A model generated the notes under the pieces. It was given only the letters and a program-made list of their open reading frames with translations. It searched no databases and was not told the DNA's origin. The position numbers and the translations under genes are program-made. Below are positions 43,824 to 55,860 of a stretch of 64,000 nt of DNA, piece after piece; the first letter of the stretch is position 1, and every line of letters starts with the position of its first letter. Origin of the DNA: Octopus sinensis (lineage: Eukaryota); NCBI RefSeq assembly GCF_006345805.1, contig NC_042999.1, positions 7,316,001 through 7,380,000 on the forward strand, written 5' to 3'.

Positions 43824-45308
43824 TAACGAAGTGCGTTCCAGAAGGTTTGAGACCTTTTTTAGGAGAGGAAGTTATAACTTGCCCAGATTGTCGTAAATTT
43901 AGTATATCATTAATACATATCTAATAAGCTAACCTGCCACCAACTTTTGTGATTCCAGATGGAAAGAGACGGCTGTAACAGTATTTTGAACAAACTCTAC
44001 TAATTACTTATTTCTTTACTACTGGTACTTATTTAATCAACCCCGAAAGGATGAAAGGCAAAGTCGACCTCGGCGGAATTTGAACTCAGAACGTAACGGC
44101 AGACGAAATACCTATTTCTTTTCTACCCACAAGGGGCTAAACACAGAGGGGACAGACAAGGACAGACAAACGGATTAAGTCGATTATATCGACCCCAACG
44201 CGTAACTGGTACTTATTTCATCGAAAGACGGCGAGCTGGCAGAAACGTTAGCACGCCGGGCGAAATGCGTAGCCGTATTTTGTCTGCCGTTGCGTTCTGA
44301 GTTCAAATTCCGCCGAGGACGACTTTGTCTTTTATCCTTTCGGGGTCGAAAAATTAAGTACCAGTTACGCACTGCGGTCGATGTAATCGACTTAATCCGT
44401 TTGTCTGTCCTTGTTTGTCCTCTCTGTGTTTAGCCCCTTGTGGGCAGTAAAGAAATAGGTACTTATTTCATCGAATCCGAAAGGATGAAAGGCAAAGTCG
44501 ACCTCGGCGGAATTTGAACTCAGAACGTAACGACAGACGAAATACGGGTACGCATTTCGCCCGGCGTGCTAACGGTTCTGCCAGCTCGCCGCCCCTACTA
44601 AATATTATTTGTCACAGTTGAGTAGTTTGCGAAATGCAATCGGAACGTGAAGAGAACGCGGACGCTCGCAATGTAATGAAGTTTTATGTAAAACTGGACA
44701 AAAGTGTTACATAAAACCTATGAAATGCCCGAGACTGCTTATGGATTTACTTGCATCAAGCAAACATCCGTTTTTCGCTGGCACAAGAATCCAGGCAAAG
44801 TAAGTCCATCGGGGTATTATGATGATCTTTTTCGACAACAAGAGAATCATCATTATCCCCAATTTCTCCTCAAGCCGCTCGATCAACAAAAAGTACTTTG
44901 AAGATTTTGAAGGAGTTCAGGAAGAGATTTTAGTTCTAACGATCAACGCACTTACTACTGAGCTATGCATTTGTCCCCGTTTCAATCCAGGCAAACAACT
45001 ACTGGACAAGGAAGGGGGATATCAAAACTGTCCCTTTTCCTCCCTAAAATCTGGACCTCGTTCCCTGTGCCTTTTGGTTGTTCCCCACGTTGAAGGAAAA
45101 CTTAAGGAACAGTCGTTTTGAAAGTAAACGAAGCTGTGACAAGGGTCCTGGACACCCTCACTTTGGCGCGCTTCCATGTGGCCTTCACGAAATGGGCGGA
45201 GCGCAACAAGGAGTCAAAGGCTCCTACTTTAAACGAGATTAAAGTTTGGTACTTCTTTGAAATTTATGAATTCAGATAAATAACGTGTGGAATGCACCGC
45301 ACTTCGTG
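43824..45308 (+). mobile_element. Decayed mariner element interrupted by a SINE-2 nest (43990-44595)
   Basis: N-terminal ARNVMKFYVKLDK...TAYGFTCIKQTSVFRWHK; decayed HPPYSPD-region sequence near 45030-45110; ends AACGAAGTGCG / CGCACTTCGTG. Confidence 0.65.
43995..44595. mobile_element. SINE family 2 nest: plus copy (44226-44462) inside a minus-strand multimer
   Basis: 18-bp TSD GGTACTTATTTCATCGAA at 44208-44225 and 44458-44475. Confidence 0.88.
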
Positions 45309-45531
45309 CATTTGATTGGAGACACAGATTTATTTCAGCCATTGCATTGCTACTCTCCAAGTTTACATTGAAAAACTCTTACATGTTTCAGTCATTTAAC
45401 TTTTGGTCAGCCCGAGGCTATAGTACAACACACTCGTCCAAGCTGTCATAGAGCTGGATTGAACCCGGAACCATGAGGTTGAGAAGCAAGCTTCTTAATA
45501 CACAACCAGGCCTATTTATACAAATACCCAC

Positions 45532-45571
<40 letters not shown>

Positions 45572-45579
45572 ATAAATAA

Positions 45580-45632
<53 letters not shown>

Positions 45633-45903
45633 TATACATACATATATACACAAACACAGCTACATATATGTATTTATGTGTGTGTGTAAACGGCTGTGTC
45701 TCCTCATATGTTCATACAGGTGTGAACGAGTCGACTTTATATATTTCGTGACTTAAACTTAGTATTTCTGACCCATAAAACATAAAAAGGAAATGTAAAA
45801 ACTATCGGTTATTCGATGTGAATGAAAATCAGCAGACAATTCCCTAGCAACGGAAGATCATTTTGTAATGGCAACCACTTCTTGATGATGATGATGATGA
45901 TAT

Positions 45904-45955
<52 letters not shown>

Positions 45956-46304
45956 CTCATCTCTTCCTATCTCTACCCACTCCTCTCCCATCCACCCCTC
46001 ACATTATTTTGACCGTCCACTAACACTCCTTTTCTTACTTCTTTCCACTTTTTCTTTTCACTTTTTCTCTCTCTTTTTTCTCTTTCTCCCTCTCCTTTTC
46101 TCTTCCTCTTTCCATGCACATATCGTCAGCCACTAAGAGACACTCTCAACTGGTTAAGGTCAAACAACCGACACGTAAATCTGTGGTATTGAGCAGAATA
46201 TTTGCTGTAGCCCATCTTTTATACCAAGACTTCCAATCAGTTAAGATGAGAAGCCACGAGAGCCAATGCCCGGTGCTGCATCAGGGCATTATTAACATTA
46301 TTAC

Positions 46305-47240
46305 TATTATTATAATTATTCTTTTTATCTCAGTGTTTGTTGTAATTCCTGGAGTTCTACATGCATAACAACCTTGCTACCTGCAGCCTACGATACCATG
46401 CTACTCGTTCTTTTCAGCTATCAAGTACTTTCCTGATTATTCTGGCCGTGCCAAAGAGGCAAACCTTTTGTAAAAGTTCTACTGGGCACTCTATTCCAAT
46501 TTCCTTTATATTCCTCTTGATGCCTTCTGATACTCTCTCCAAGGACCCAACAGTAATTGGCACTATCTTCACCTTCTTCATTTTCCATAGCCGGGTTATT
46601 TTGTACTTAAGAGCATTGTACATACATATTTTTTCGCCTTCTTTCTTGACTATTAGTGGATTAAAAAAGCAAGCAACATTAGCTATATAGTACATGTGGT
46701 GCATCTTGTCGACCACCACTAGGTTCGGTCTGCTATGCTTTGTTTGAATTGGGAAATCCGAGAGGACTTTGCAAACCTCCGACTCCACCACTCTCTGCGG
46801 TTTTCTTCATATCACGTCTTGCATCTCTCTAGCCCCCACTTTTCGCACAGTTTCCAATGTAGCAGTTTTGCTACCTGATCGTGTCGCCACAATTTGTAGT
46901 GGTTTGGGGCAAGTCAAGGGCACTCGTTCACGATATGGGCAACGGCTTCGAACTCTCTGTTACACATGCGCCACAGAAGAGAAACTTGCTCATTCCTAAG
47001 GTTGACTCTCCAATTCGTATCCAAAGCTTAGTCTTGCGCCGTCAGTATAGTTGTCTTGGCCTCTTTTTGCAGCGTTTCTTTCTTCAGCCAATCGCACCTA
47101 AGTTTTCCACCAACTTCTGTTGTGACTACATGAAAGTGATTGCGTAGTCCCTTATTGCGTAATGCTTCTTCATATCTCTTTCGTAATTCTTCTTTTGTTT
47201 TAACTGAAACGCTTGTGAGAATTTGTCTGTTTTTTTGGAG
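46305..47240 (-). pseudogene. 3' fragment of a third RLE (R4/Dong-like) retrotransposon family
   Basis: DFPIQTKHSRPNLVVVDK...RLWKMKKVKIVPITVGSL...LQKVCLFGTARIIRKVLDS*; upstream knuckle-region remnants; 3' end runs into an AAT-like tract. Confidence 0.88.
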
Positions 47241-47368
47241 AAGACAAATTGTACTTTGGACTTCATACGAGTATGTATGTTCATCGCTTTCTCTCTCTCT
47301 CTCTCAGTGTCTCAGGCTCTCTCTGTATACACACAGACACACATACACCATGCTTACATCAATATACG

Positions 47369-47434
<66 letters not shown>

Positions 47435-47878
47435 TATCTTCTCTATATATAAAACTGAATTGCGTTTTTACCGCTTGGATCGCTTTCAATGCCACTACAT
47501 CCCGTCCGATTCGCTCCAAAATTTACAGGGACATGTAGAATGAGGTGACGATGCGCGTGGGTTACCTTAGAAATCCCTATCTTAAAAGGTGTGGTTGCTA
47601 GAGGCCATCTTCCTCACTCATCCTATTTCCTCCAGTACTCTCTCACTCCTCTTCACATGACAATGCCACTACGGTTATTTAATGTAAAGTCTTCCTCAAA
47701 TCACTCTCTCGCTGTTTCCTCTCTTCGAAGAAACATTTTCACTCACTCTTATCTCTTAGCTTCCCATACATTTTACTCATGTATCTATCAGCGTTCAAAG
47801 TCAGAAACAAATATTACATCGCCATCGCCATCGCCATCGCCATCGCCATCGCCATCGCATTCTATTGTCTACCTGTCA

Positions 47879-47915
<37 letters not shown>

Positions 47916-48647
47916 CATATATCTAATATTATATTTTTATTTTTATGTTTTTGTTTTTGGTTTTTTACTGTTTCATTTCCCTATTAGTAGTTTTATCTCT
48001 AATTTAATTTCTACAGCGTGCACACACACACACACCTATATGTGGCCCCAGTACAGCCCAATGAAATCGGGTTCTCTTCATCAAAATATGAAAAGGGTTC
48101 TACAATTATCATCGCCACAACTTATGTATGTCTTTCTCACTCACTCACTCTTTTTCCTAATGATAATTATCATCGCCACCACCAACACCACCAACACACA
48201 ATCATGACAATCTTTCTCTTAAAACAAATCATGTTTACATTGCAAAATATTTCATTTTCCCGTCCTCTCTTTCATATATCACCTTTTCTTTCTCAAGCTC
48301 TCTCTTTTTTCGCCGTCTCTATTTATTCTACAACGAGTCTATCAATGGCAGCCGCAAAAGTTTCAATATTCCTACTTCAACTCTTTCAGAAACGCAAGAG
48401 ATATTATTTTTTTTTTTGCCGGGGTTAAAGCCCACTACATCCCGTCGGATTCACTCCAAAATTTACAACTTCTCTTTCTACCTCTAACTCCCATTCAATT
48501 TCTCTTTATCTCCATTCTTAAAGATAATTATCATCGCCACCACCACCACCAACACACAATCTGGACAATCTTTCTCTTATAACAAATCATGTTTACATCG
48601 CAACGACGTCTGTCACCTCCGCCGTCTCTATTTATTCTGCAAATGAA

Positions 48648-48797
48648 CAGAACTCGGGAAACTTGGTTGAGTGTTCTATGGTCTATGACCAGAACTCGGG
48701 AAACTTGCTTCACTGTTCTATGGTCTATGACCAGAACTCGGGAAACTTGGTTGAGTATTCTATGGTCTATGACCAGAACTTGGGAAACTTGGTTGAG
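48648..48797. repeat. 42-bp minisatellite, ~3.6 copies
   Basis: CAGAACTCGGGAAACTTGGTTGAGTGTTCTATGGTCTATGAC starting at 48648, 48690, 48732 and 48774. Confidence 0.95.
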
Positions 48798-49487
48798 TCC
48801 TCATCTTATAAAATGTGGCCCCAGTAGACCCAAATGAAATCGGGTTATATTAACCAAAATGTGAAAAGGGGTCTAAATGGGGCTGGAAGGGGATTAAAAT
48901 TTAAAGGAGCGGGTGTTTAGCAATTCTCTGTTACATCAAGCTAAAAAATTTGCGCCAGCCTTTTAATCGTCAATGTGTTGCCGTCCATGATGAAGAAGTT
49001 TTGAATGCTTGCCATCGTGAGTCTACTGTCGTGAGAAAGAATCAATTCAAAACTTGGTTTTTAGGGATTTTCTTTTACATCAAGTTCAAAATTTTACGCC
49101 AGCCGTTGAACTGTCAATACGTTGCTGTCCGTCGTTAAGAAATGCCAGCCATGGTGACTCTACTATCCTCAAATTCTATCCCTTCTAACTTTGGTTTCCA
49201 ATATTTTATTATTTTTATTCAGCTCGCAAGTTCGTCTGTCCCTTTTAAATGTTAGTGTTTTGCTGTCTCTCTTGAAGCAGACCTTTCCGTTGTTACTGCC
49301 TGATATTTATGATTTATCTTTCTAAATATTTTATTTCTCAACTTACTCAACATCTTTTGTTGTTTATAAATGGGAGAGAGATACATAAAGATAGAGAGTA
49401 AGAGAAAGCGAGGGAGAGTCCGAGAGAAAGGAAGAGTAAGGGAGTGGGAAAGTGAGAGAGAAAGGAGAAAGAAACAAAGAGGGAGAA

Positions 49488-49735
49488 TCATCATCATCAT
49501 CATCATCGTTTAACGTCCGTTTTCCGTGCTAGCACGGGTTGGACAGTTTGACAGGGGTCTGGGAAGCCAGGAGGCTGCACCAGGCTCCAGTCTGATCTGG
49601 CATTGTTTCGACAGGTGGATGCCCTTCCTAACGCCAACCACTCTGTGAGCGTAGTGGGTGCTTTTTTCGTGCCGCCTGCACAGGTGCCAGGGGGGGATGA
49701 TAGCGGCCACGATCGGTTGGTGCTTTTTACGTGCT
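49488..49735 (-). mobile_element. Retroposon 3' fragment ending in (GAT)n
   Basis: GC-rich block containing GGATGCCCTTCCTAACGCCAACC abutting (CAT)n on the plus strand. Confidence 0.6.
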
Positions 49736-49819
49736 AAAAGGAAGCAACAGAAAGTAACAACCACACTCTTACCCGCGCGTAGAGCGGGTCACCTTCAGCT
49801 AGTATATATATATATATGT

Positions 49820-50160
49820 ATATATGCCATTGAACGCCTTCCATCCGGCCCTTACTCTCCGTGAGATCTCCTTTTTGATATCCCGGCACATATTTACTTC
49901 CTGTCCCAGGTAGACATATTCTCTCACCTCCTCTATTTCATCACTGCCGATCAGCATTCGACCTGTTGGTACATTGTCTGACCGCATGAACTTTGTTTTC
50001 ATGCGGTTCATCTTGAGACCTACTGCAAAACTTTTTATGTCGAGCTTCGTCAGCATGGTCTGAAGCTGATCCATGTTTTCAGCGATGAGTACGATGCCGT
50101 CAGCGAAACGGAGGTGAGTGAGGAGCTCGCCATTGATGTTGACACCACCTTGCCATTCGA
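49820..50160 (-). pseudogene. RTE-clade LINE RT fragment
   Basis: GGVNINGELLTHLRFADGIVLIAENMDQLQTML...GLKMNRMKTK...EYVYLGQ...EISRRVRAGWKAF. Confidence 0.9.
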
Positions 50161-50163
50161 TAT

Positions 50164-50238
<75 letters not shown>

Positions 50239-50255
50239 TTGTATGTATATACTAG

Positions 50256-50315
<60 letters not shown>

Positions 50316-51199
50316 TGTTTGTTTTTACGTTCAGTTATAATAAAAACAATTTTACATAAATCGGATTGGTTACTCTATGCTTTTGTAGAGTACACATTTA
50401 TTATCCTTAAATAAGAATATTATTCACTGTGACTTCGAAGTTTCGACCTGCTAAGACATCGTCCAGCTATCACCGTTAATATGTATGTATGTATGTGTGT
50501 ATATGTGCATGTCTATATGTATGCGAATGCGTATGTGATAAGTTTCTCTTGTGCGTATATCGTCGGGGGATAGCTGATTGTTGTAAGGAGGTGTGACCTG
50601 GAATGCTTCTCATTCCGGGTTACGCCCCTTTACAGCAAGTTTGAAATAGCTATTCGACAAAGAACGATCGATAAAATAGCTAAATGCTGTGATCGATAAA
50701 ATAGACTAAACTTAGTGAAGGGAAGGCTGTTCCCCCTGTGTGGCATTTGTCGAGGGAATCAAATCAAGGAAAGAATTAAATAATATATTTTATACCGCTT
50801 TCTAATTCAATTTGGCAGTATTGGGTTTATATATTAGAAGAAAACTATTATGCAGTGTGTCTTAGCTCTTTTATAATCAAACACCAGAAGAAGAGAAATA
50901 AGATGAAAAAGAGAAAATCATTAACTGTATTAACCAGATATCGAGATGACAAAGACCGAAAGATTATTTATTTCGTATGTTTTTGTTCTCGATCTCTTGG
51001 GCTCATAAGGACAGTTACGCGGTTTCTATAGCAAACTAATGACGTCTCAATATTCCCCTGAAGCACGATGCCGGTCCATTGCAAAGTTTGAGGGGAGGGA
51101 GCAAGTCAATAACATTCACATCAAATCGTTGAGTGGAACCTAACTCTATCGAACCCCAAGGGAGGAAAAGCAAAGTTGAACTCTGCGAGATTTGATCTC

Positions 51200-51380
51200 A
51201 GAGCTTATGGGCGCAGGTGTGACTCTGTGGTTAGAAGCTTGCTTCCTAACTACATGGTTCTGGGTTCAATCCCACTGCTTGGCACCTTGGGCAAGTGCCT
51301 TCAACTACAGTCTCGGGCCGACAGAAGCCTTGTGAGTGGATTTGGTAGACGGAAACTGAAGGAAGCCCGTCGTATATATG

Positions 51381-51417
<37 letters not shown>

Positions 51418-51645
51418 CTGTGTCTGTGTGTTTGTGCGTCTGTGTTTCTCCACCCAACATCGCTTGACAACCGATGGTGGTGTGTTTACATCACCGTAAC
51501 TTAGCGGTTAGGCAAAAGCGACAGATAGAATAAGTACTAGACTTCCAAAGTTTAAGTCCTGGGGTCGATTTGCTCGACTAAAGGCGGTGCTCCAGCATGG
51601 TCGGTCAAATGACTGAAACATATAAAAGAGTAAAAGAGTAAAAGA
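51200..51645 (+). mobile_element. SINE family 1, full length
   Basis: GGCGCAGGTGTGACTCTGTGG...GAAACATATAAAAGAGTAAAAGAG. Confidence 0.9.
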
Positions 51646-52429
51646 GTCGTTAGATATTTCGCCAAGCTTCTGCCAGCTCACCTTCTCCCGTGCAATTATA
51701 GCAGAGCTGAAAATGTTTGGTTACCAACTGACTTCTAAAGTTACGTGGAGTATCTAGTTGTGTATGAATTTAGTTTCGCTGAAAGACTTTGTGAAATTTC
51801 CTATTTTTATTATATCACAAGAATGTTTGTCGTTGAATGACGGGTAACAATGGAAGCATACTTTTTCCACCACGGGTAATATCAGGAAATATGACGTACA
51901 TACTATAATTATAATCTAACTTTTAGCAAATTTTCTGGTGCTTATTCAAAACGATGCAAATAATACTTATTTTCAACAGAAAAAAAAGTATTTAAAATCT
52001 TACTGTAAAATGAAATAAAGCAATATTTAAAAATATAGAGAAATTCAAGATAAAATTACTCTCCGTCTGATTATATATTACGGATCTTCGCACGCGCTCA
52101 CATCTCCTCCCACTTAACTTCTTCTCTCAGTGGAATTTTCGTTTCGCCTAGCACAAGGATATTGTATTTTTTTTAGCATAAGACGATTATAAAGCGATAA
52201 TTTTTTACCGGACAAAATCTGTATCTTCTGGTTTTCAACGTTAACTCCGTAATATCTAGATAAAGGTTTCACTCATGAGTTACTTCTGTTTCATATTTGG
52301 AATTTTATTCTTCTGATGCACCACGTTTTCTCTTGGTGATTTTGTTTTTTATCATGCTATATATATCTATATCTCTCTCTATATATATGTATGTATGTAA
52401 ATATAAATATATATATGTATGTATGTACG

Positions 52430-52462
<33 letters not shown>

Positions 52463-52466
52463 TATA

Positions 52467-52526
<60 letters not shown>

Positions 52527-53029
52527 ATTTAGGAATGGTCATTTTGCCAATTTAAGCAATAATATATATATATATATATGCGCGTATGTATTATGTATAA
52601 ATATATATATAAAGTATGTATGTATGAATGTATGTATATATATAAATATACTTACATATATATACTTACGCTCCCACGTACATACAAATATGTGTCCGGC
52701 CAGCCATGATCTTTTTTCTTGGCCTGACAGCCGATCGCCAACACCTCTCATGTCCATCTCCTATGTTCCTGCCTTTAGGCTATCACTTCATAAACACCAG
52801 CTCAATTTGATTCGTTCTCAATCGAAAGACACCTGTTGTTATATCTTGTTGTTTGTATTAGTAATTGTGTACCATGTTCTCCGTTTCTTTGATTGTTTTT
52901 TTGTGTCTTCGTTGCTGTACACATTCGCTAGCTTTCTTATAAAGGGATCTAATGCCCTTAGGTTAGACATTTTGGGGGGCAACCAAGTCGACCCATTTCA
53001 AGTGTAACTGCCCAAACTGGTCGTGACTT

Positions 53030-53380
53030 CTAGTACTTGCCTGGGGAAAGGAAGCCACGAACGACCCGTCGCGAGATCATCAGAAAGAAGTCCGGCGTGA
53101 GGGATGTCATCGCAGCGTATACACGCAGCATGTTTAGATGAGCTGGACACGTCAACCAGCTCGCCGATAATCGGTGGACCAGCGCAGTTTTCGAGTGGTA
53201 CCCGCGCGAGCGGAAAGGACCACCCAGAAGGCCTCCAGACGGTGGAGTTACGATTTCAGGAGGACGATTGGGATCACGTGGATGAGAAAGGCGCGATCCA
53301 GAGAGGAGGAACAGCGTGCTGTGACCAGTGGTGTCAAACGGATGCCTGACGGACTGGTCGGTCAAGGTGATCAAAGTGAT
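53030..53380 (+). pseudogene. RTE LINE 3' end
   Basis: RDVIAAY..., WAGHV-type motif followed by ADNRWTSAVFEWYPRERKRPPRRP (frameshifted); 3' UTR ...CTGGTCGGTCAAGGTGATCAAAGTGAT. Confidence 0.85.
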
Positions 53381-53521
53381 ATATATATTTATATATATAT
53401 ACACTTACATATAATGCTAGAAATATGAGCTAAAATGCTTTAATACTGGTTAACGCACATGAATGAAAATATATACATTAACAGGGACAATAATTGTTTA
53501 AAAAATACCGACTGAGAATAC

Positions 53522-53569
53522 TTAAGACTGGCGTCAGTTTTGGCAATTTCCGTTGCCATCATCAGTTAA
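53522..53569 (-). ncRNA. Type I hammerhead (G12 mutated)
   Basis: Reverse complement TTAA-CTGATGA-TGGCAACGGAAATTGCC-AAAAC-TGACGCCA-GTC-TTAA. Confidence 0.7.
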
Positions 53570-53658
53570 ACCAGCTCGGTGTTCTGCTATTTCCGGATGA
53601 CGAAAACATATATGCTACTAGAGAAGCAGGACCGGAAATAACCAAACACCGAGCTGGC

Positions 53659-53708
53659 TTAACTGATGATGGCAACGTAAATTGCCGAAACTGACGCGCC
53701 AGTTTTAA
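53659..53708 (+). ncRNA. Type I hammerhead
   Basis: TTAA-CTGATGA-TGGCAACGTAAATTGCC-GAAAC-TGACGCGCCA-GTT-TTAA. Confidence 0.8.
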
Positions 53709-53896
53709 TAATTTTTGGTCGGTATTTTCCGGTCAATGTGTTAGTGTATGTTTTCATGCATGTGCATTAACTACAGCATTAAATCACTTAAACTGTTATT
53801 TCTGTCAATGTAAGTGTTTTTAACACCCTAGACACATTTAGAGACTATTGTATATATACATGCATACATACATACATACATACATACACACACACA

Positions 53897-53951
<55 letters not shown>

Positions 53952-55219
53952 TATACATACATACATATATATATATATATGTATGTATTATATATATATG
54001 TATGCATATATGCATGTATGCATGTATGTATATGATAGTCACTAAATATATATATATGTATATATATATAAATTAGAAAAAGAACACCTTTTATCAATTC
54101 AATAACGAAAAAATTAATTTATACCATTAGAAAAAATACATCTTATAGAAAGATTAAATATATGATAAAACATATAATAATGATTAAGTAACGTGCAAAA
54201 TAATAAGTAAAATGCATATATTTGGTACAATAACTACACGTGTTTCCTGTCTATATTTAAGAAATAATAATAGTAAAATCACTTCAATATAAATATAGTC
54301 ACTCTTCAGGTTAAATATAAAAACAATAAAATAATTAATTAGATAAATTAATAAATATACGTATATAATCTTGCAAAATACGAAATATGTTAGCAAATAT
54401 ATTCTTGTTTAAATTATAAAATAGAATAAAAAGGTATAGAGATTTATTATATCTATAAAAATAAAATTTTAACATATATACGAAAAGAATAATATATTAT
54501 TATTAGAAAATAAAATACAATAAATTAAAATATTGAAAACGAATATATATATATATATATAAAAATAAAAAATATACATTAAGTAAAAACTAAATACTAT
54601 GATTTAATCTATATACATGAAATTAAATTATTCATTAATTAATTTATTTAATAAACATCTAAATAAAATCTTATACTCATTAAGTAATTTATATTGAAAA
54701 ACTTAATGTTAAGTAATATACATAATGCTAGTACAAGCTATAAATATTAGAATTAAAATTAGGAAATGGTTCAAATATATGCACATGTATTATATAAACT
54801 AACTCTATTATTAATATATATGTAGTATCTATAGATTTAATATTTTACTGAATTATATAGTTGACCAAAATATCAATTAATATTAAATTTATTTACTTAA
54901 ATGTAATAGTACGTAATAAATAGACTACCTAACTATTAAATGTCTTACAAATCTATTTCTCAAATTAAATTATATGTAATACGTTAAATCACATTATAAA
55001 AATAATAATAAACTTAATAAATATATAAATATACATATCATAACTAATAATTATCAAGAAATTATATATAAATTAATATTTTAACAATAATAATAATAAC
55101 AATCAAACATAATACAATTCAAAAGTTAAATAATATTGTTAAATAAAATAACGTTACTTAGCTTTTCGATTAATATTATATAATTATATAATATATATAC
55201 ATACACACTTATATATATA

Positions 55220-55860
55220 TAACTTTAGCTAGTACAATCTCTAACTTCATATAAATGCCTACGTCTATTTTTAGAAACGCCACCTGTATACCTTCTCATT
55301 TTCCCGTTCCTTTTTGAGGTTTTCTACCCAATTTTAGCACCCCTGCCCCTTACCACATCCGTTGTCTATCTCTTCACCTTAGTGCCTTTCAAACATATCA
55401 CCGCACCTCTCACTTCTCATACATATTACTTCCTTACATTTTTATCTCTTCCTTCTGTCCCTACTTCTATTCTTTTTATTTAATGATAGCTCTCCTCTCC
55501 CCACTCCCTTACAATATCTTGACCACCACATCGCACTCCTTTTCATTTTCATATCTCCTCTTTACCCATTCTATACAGCAAATTTAATGGATAATAATGG
55601 ATAATGTAACTGCAACTGTAACATCTAACATATATTTATATTTTAATTCCCATATTTGCCTTTATACTTTCTATATTCCTCATTTTCCATAATAATTTCT
55701 TATAGTGAACTGTACTTTTTCCTTCTAGTTAACTCTCTAATATCGTCTCTGATGATGGGATATATTTTATTTCCCTGAAACAGCTGTTAAGACTACATTT
55801 CTCTTTATAAAATGTCCTAGAAATTTCACACTGCCTTGGCTTTGTTGTCTCATTTCATTT
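55220..55860 (+). mobile_element. PLE terminal-repeat-like element, same family as 2257-2606
   Basis: Pyrimidine-rich body, HHR at 55745, shared CTCTTTATAAA...CACTGCCTTGG...TCTCATT terminus. Confidence 0.65.
55745..55793 (+). ncRNA. Type I hammerhead (1-nt insertion at the cleavage site)
   Basis: GTCT-CTGATGA-TGGGATATATTTTATTTCCCT-GAAAC-AGCT-GTTA-AGAC. Confidence 0.75.

Larger units (their letters stand above)
53400..53820. mobile_element. Twin-hammerhead palindrome, second family (older)
   Basis: Arms 53400-53596 / 53632-53820, 35-nt loop; HHRs at 53522-53569 (-) and 53659-53708 (+). Confidence 0.85.
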
